From assembly GCA_040285855.1 (NCBI GenBank), contig JAUFOQ010000001.1:1488001-1552000 (forward strand): a stretch of 64,000 bases of DNA, in the 5' to 3' direction. Below the pieces are notes generated by a model. It did no database searches, was not told the origin of the DNA, and was given only the letters and a program-made list of their open reading frames with translations. Made by a program: the position numbers and the translations under genes. Below are positions 59,384 through 64,000 of this stretch, in pieces. Numbering within the stretch: position 1 is the first letter of the stretch; the number at the start of each line of letters is the position of its first letter. This stretch comes from Eukaryota sp. GEM-RC1. Its lineage: Eukaryota.

Positions 59384-62300
59384 AAGATCGTTATTGACAT
59401 TCAATATTCCATAAATAATCTACTGTTATCAGACCAATATGATCGTATTCAAGACTGATCATTGGATTTTGTACATCTACTTTTTTGAGTCCTTTTTTGT
59501 GTCAGTCAGGAGACAACTGAAATGCCTTCATGCACTGGACGACTTGTCTGTGTCACAATTTGAGTCAAGAAATCACTCCTTCTCATTGCGTGATTCTTCA
59601 CATCATCTCTCTTGAACTACCAATTCCCGATTCTTCTTTTTAACGTGTTCGTTTTCCATTACTTCCATCATACTCCATTGACCTGAAAGTTCACCTCTTT
59701 TTGATGTAGAAATCGATGATCGTACATCATTGACTATTTTCACGTTCTCTCGACTAATGCTGGGAACGTGTTTCTTCATCAACAATATCCAAACTCTCCA
59801 CGGTGGGTGACGTCATTATTGAGGGTCTGGGAACGGTTGTCCTCATCCCGCTCATTTTGACCGATCTCAGTCAGAATGAGGTCCCCTCTCCACAACTTCC
59901 AATGACCACTTCAACTCAAACGTTCTGTAAGATTTCCTTCTTCCACTCCATTTTAACACCCTTCCTCTACCCTGCTTCTCTCTTCTCTTAAGAGCATGTC
60001 TCTGTCTCCAATACCTCTATTCACCTCCTCTTGACGTACTCCTTCTACTCTAACGTTCTTCTTACAGCGTTTTACCGATTCTCATTTGCAGTGTGTGTCT
60101 TAGAATGTAAGCTTCCTCCTCTCAAGTTACCCCGTCGATCGCCACTACTTTCTTAATAATTTATGAACATCATATTCCGACACCCCCTCTTCACTTCAGA
60201 CATAGTCCTAGGACCTAACATTGTGTACGATCAGGTTGTAGCTGTCAAGAACACTTTTAGTTCCGATTCATTCCTGTCTGTTCAAACTTCTTTGTAAAGA
60301 GAGGTCAACGATCACGTCCTGTTTGACTAAAGCGATGCCTAAGTTCTTGACAAAGGATTGTTGGAGTAGGGAGGTTGTGTATTGTTGTTTTATCAGAGAA
60401 CAAATGATGTAGTGTAACTGGTGTGACACATTTGTTATATTCATTAAATGCCTCAGTTTTGGTCAAAATGTGCTAATTAAGCTAGATAATGTACTCTCCA
60501 AGGTTAACCAAATTAATGTGCGTGTATCTCCTAACTGCCATGAACTAAACTCAGAAGTCTCTACGGTACTCAGTAACCTTCTCAAAATCTAGAACAAAAA
60601 AACTTAAGTTAACCTATGTCAATGTAAAACACTAAAAGTGTACACCCACTGTTATTAGTGAAGCTAGAATCTTTTAGATACATTTTGAATGTCCAGTAAA
60701 GACTGAATTCAAATACCGTGGTACATTAAATATCATTTATTGTATTAATAGGGAATATGATATTGTTCAGTGAAATATTTGCTTTTGATACATTCTGTAT
60801 CATAACAAAAGTATCAAAAATTTAATGAAAATGTTACCTATATTGTTAGCGATTCAAACTACTAATTGGTCAAACTTGAAAATCTCAGATCGATATAAAC
60901 TATTACTAACTCACTCTATTAGACAATAAACTCAGTAAAGCTTAATCTTTATTTTATTCGTAGACTCTGATTTGCTATATATCAACATTCACATTATCTG
61001 GCTGAGACGAAGGTGATCCTCGAACAGGATTCATGAGACGTTGAGCAACTACCACTGTTCATGACTTGATTACAAGTACTCTACAGCTAACTTAGTGGTG
61101 TAGTTCCATTCAATATCGTAGACTGGATGACGTTAGATTTGTTACACGTACTCTTACCATTGGCACAGACAGAAAAGAGTGTCGTGACAGGAGTTGATGA
61201 TACAAAACCAAGCGTTAAAGGCAATTCTCGAAAAAGGGGAGCCGCAACTTATCCTTGACATTTGTGTAGAGAAGAGTATTGAGAATTTTGGTGACAAATG
61301 AAGATCATGCAGAGATTACCTATGAGAGTGTCATAGTAGAACAAATAACAATATGAAGAACGTGAGAGGAAGGGGCGGAGCAAAGTGACACCCAGAAGTA
61401 CCTCTAAAAGAGCAAGAGTGTTTAGAGAAAACAAAAGATGACCATAATTCTAACAGAACTATCAGTTTCTAAACATCGATCAGGGATAAAATAACCTGCT
61501 GTTTCACAGGAAATGGAAGTAGGAGGAAAGAAACTGATACCGATTGATATCGGCTGGATCGCATTGACTGAAAGACAGTATCAACGATGTAGATTAATGC
61601 TTAAAGGTAGGACGTCTAGGTGGACATGACAATCATTTTTACCATACTCTCACCAGTCCTTTAAGTCCTTTACAGTATATCTTGTATATCTCTTTGATGC
61701 GATTTAACTAAAAAACACTCCGTGGGAATGAAAAGTCTTAACGAAGATTTGTGAAGCAAATTGGTTTGCGGATGTTGATTGACATTTTTTTAGAATTTAG
61801 TACATTATGATAATTTGCGACTTTGTGTTCATAAAACAATAACTGGTTAATTGGTCAATTAATTACACTAATTGCAATATTAATTGTTTACATAATTTGA
61901 GAACCAATTAATTGCCAATTCAATTTTAAGTACCTCTGCACATACCAAACAAAAAAAATTGAACACGTATTATAATTTCTAATATGTTTGTGCTACGATT
62001 CAACAGTCTGTTTATGATATTATTGAACACCAAAGTTTTGGATAACAAAATGCCAAGTATTTATGTGAGTACTGAATTTGGTATTGAGGTACATATGTAT
62101 TTTTACGCATAATTTTGAAGACACCTGTCGATACCAGAAATACTGTTCTGTTAGTGCTGAAATTATGTTAGTGCTGGAACAGTACCCTAAATAGACTTAC
62201 GTTATTTCATTTCATTTTGGATGAATTCGTTTGGGTTTAGCCTCAGTATTATTTACTTGTATTTTCTAATTCATATTTTTGAAACACGGATTTGCCGAAT

Positions 62301-63283
62301 AAAGCATTAAACGAAGACAACACATGTAGCTATTCTATATAACTATGCATTCGGAAGACACAATCACCATCACAGTTGTTAACTTTGATTATTATTATTA
62401 CAGTCCTTTGGATTAATAAAGCTTAGTGCTCAAACTTGATCTCAGTATTGAGCCAATTGCTCATTTAAATAAGTACTGTCAGCTGTGGTTGTCACTGAAT
62501 CTGAAGATAGTGTTGTCATATATATATCGGTTTCAATTATGGGTTTAATCATTCGCATGTGTAATCACTTAACAGGCTAAGGAATGCGGTATTGTGGTAA
62601 TTTGGTAGGTCTTATGTATTGTTTTTTAGGGATAAAATTATCCATCTATGCTGAACACAAATATAATTTCTGTTGATTGTCTTCAGAAACCGCACCTTCA
62701 CTTACGCTGGACATAACATCTTAAACGGTCCAACAAGTGAGTACAAATTTGTATAAAAGATGAGAAACATTATATATCAACTTCAGTGCTGTTGTCAACC
62801 ATGAATCAAAAACGCACGGTGTAATTACGTGCATGTAGATTTTGTAGTTTATCTATGTTTACCAGATTCAATAATAGAGATCTTACGATAGTTTCAATTT
62901 CTGGTAAATGTGCTAATGAGTGGCACAAACACATATAAGTGATAATTCAATTTGATCTTCGTGTACCTACATTGTACATTGGTAGTAGACCTTAAATTAA
63001 ATCAGTATTTTTTGCAGTTCATTCACCTTCAGTGGTTGCTTTGGCTTTTAATGTTTATTACAAACTATAAGAAATCAAAGGCATGTTATGGTTCCAATGA
63101 AAGAACGATTACATTTGAGGATTGTTGTTGCTCATAAGGCTACATCAGATTAATTTGGGCAAACACAACATACGATGATGTCAACTGAATCTGTTGTTAC
63201 AAGAATGAAGAATTGAGGTGTGAAATCCGAATAAAATGTGAAACATAGATATAAATGGTTTTAAAATGAGCCTGATTCTATTA

Positions 63284-64000
63284 CTATACTCCATGAATTC
63301 TTCCTTCCTTGAAACTTCTCTTAGAACATTCCAACAATACATTGGTTGATTCATGGCGAAGACTAAACAGTACCTTGAGCTGTTTATGTAGAATTTTTCT
63401 AGCGTATAAATAGATACAAAACCACAGGATAGCAGCATAGACAATCATCATCCACGGAGTTAAAAGCCATCCGACGTCCATCAACCTTCGGTTTTTGAAA
63501 TAACCACACGGAAATGTAACAAACAACGAAGTAAACAAAAACATAAACACGTAGGAAAATGAAATAATGACTGGTGGGATGACACAACTTTTCCACTGAT
63601 CCTCATTATAAGTAGCTGAAGGTAAACGTGACCATTTCAAACGATGAAACAAGCATTTACCTTGAAGATAAACTAAAGGAAGGGATACCAAACCAAAAGT
63701 TGGAACATAGAATTGAGCTATTAAACTTAAAACATAGTAATAATGGACATTAGCTTGACTCAGAGGTAAGTCAAACAAAGGCTTTTCAAGCTTTGATGAT
63801 ATCCAATTATACCAAATGAAAGGAACAACAGCATCAAAGACAAATGTCAACAGAAATAAATACAAAATAACAGCACCAACAACTACAGGAAAACAGTCTG
63901 CATAGAAAAACAACAAACTTATAGGACTAGTTAATAAACATAACTTCAACGTTAACATAAACCACAATCTAAAAGAATCTCTCTTAGGTACAGGTACTTC
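63284..64000 (-). CDS. Multi-pass membrane protein, TMC (transmembrane channel-like) C-terminal half; 5' end outside the window
   Basis: Frame is open to the window edge. The motif order C...VG..I/LY.L, K..FDL, FYVP, CGYF and the spacing of TM segments resemble the TMC domain. Confidence 0.55.
   Translation of the reverse strand, partial: EVPVPKRDSFRLWFMLTLKLCLLTSPISLLFFYADCFPVVVGAVILYLFLLTFVFDAVVPFIWYNWISSKLEKPLFDLPLSQANVHYYYVLSLIAQFYVPTFGLVSLPLVYLQGKCLFHRLKWSRLPSATYNEDQWKSCVIPPVIISFSYVFMFLFTSLFVTFPCGYFKNRRLMDVGWLLTPWMMIVYAAILWFCIYLYARKILHKQLKVLFSLRHESTNVLLECSKRSFKEGRIHGV

Noticed and set aside
59400..63200. Short ORFs, tRNA/ncRNA candidates and a small TACTGTTC...GAACAGTA inverted repeat (~62141-62184)
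   Set aside because: No recognisable protein motifs, cloverleaf or TSD. I cannot support any call by eye.

Overview
AT-rich, compact, intron-poor eukaryotic (protist-like) DNA, not prokaryotic. It contains a dynamin gene with one 33-nt spliceosomal intron, an RNase H2C gene, an SBDS fragment, Sfi1-like and TMC-like genes, and BTB, RING, kinase and LRR genes. The dominant feature is a dispersed family built on one near-identical C-terminal SPRY/B30.2-like cassette, present in 7 copies. The cassette has a conserved framework and 3' flank but four hypervariable loops. It is attached to three different N-terminal ubiquitin-ligase-type modules: BTB-coil (4 copies), BTB-BTB-coil, and RING-kinase-coil. 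A seventh copy is an orphan half-cassette with no start codon. My inference is a diversified, TRIM-like intracellular receptor or substrate-adaptor repertoire. The window is also dense in transposons whose ends I could map by TIR/TSD: seven hAT-like elements or MITEs with 8-9-bp TSDs, a MULE transposase and its 193-bp MITE, RLE-type non-LTR retroelements (one with a 17-bp TSD), and Tc1/IS630 remnants. A secreted two-domain Cys-rich peptide gene, only half of which appears in the ORF track, lies at 58859-59383. Most frameshifts I could localise are 1-nt changes in homopolymer runs, so many 'pseudogenes' may be long-read errors. All domain calls come from motif recognition by eye; no database search was run.
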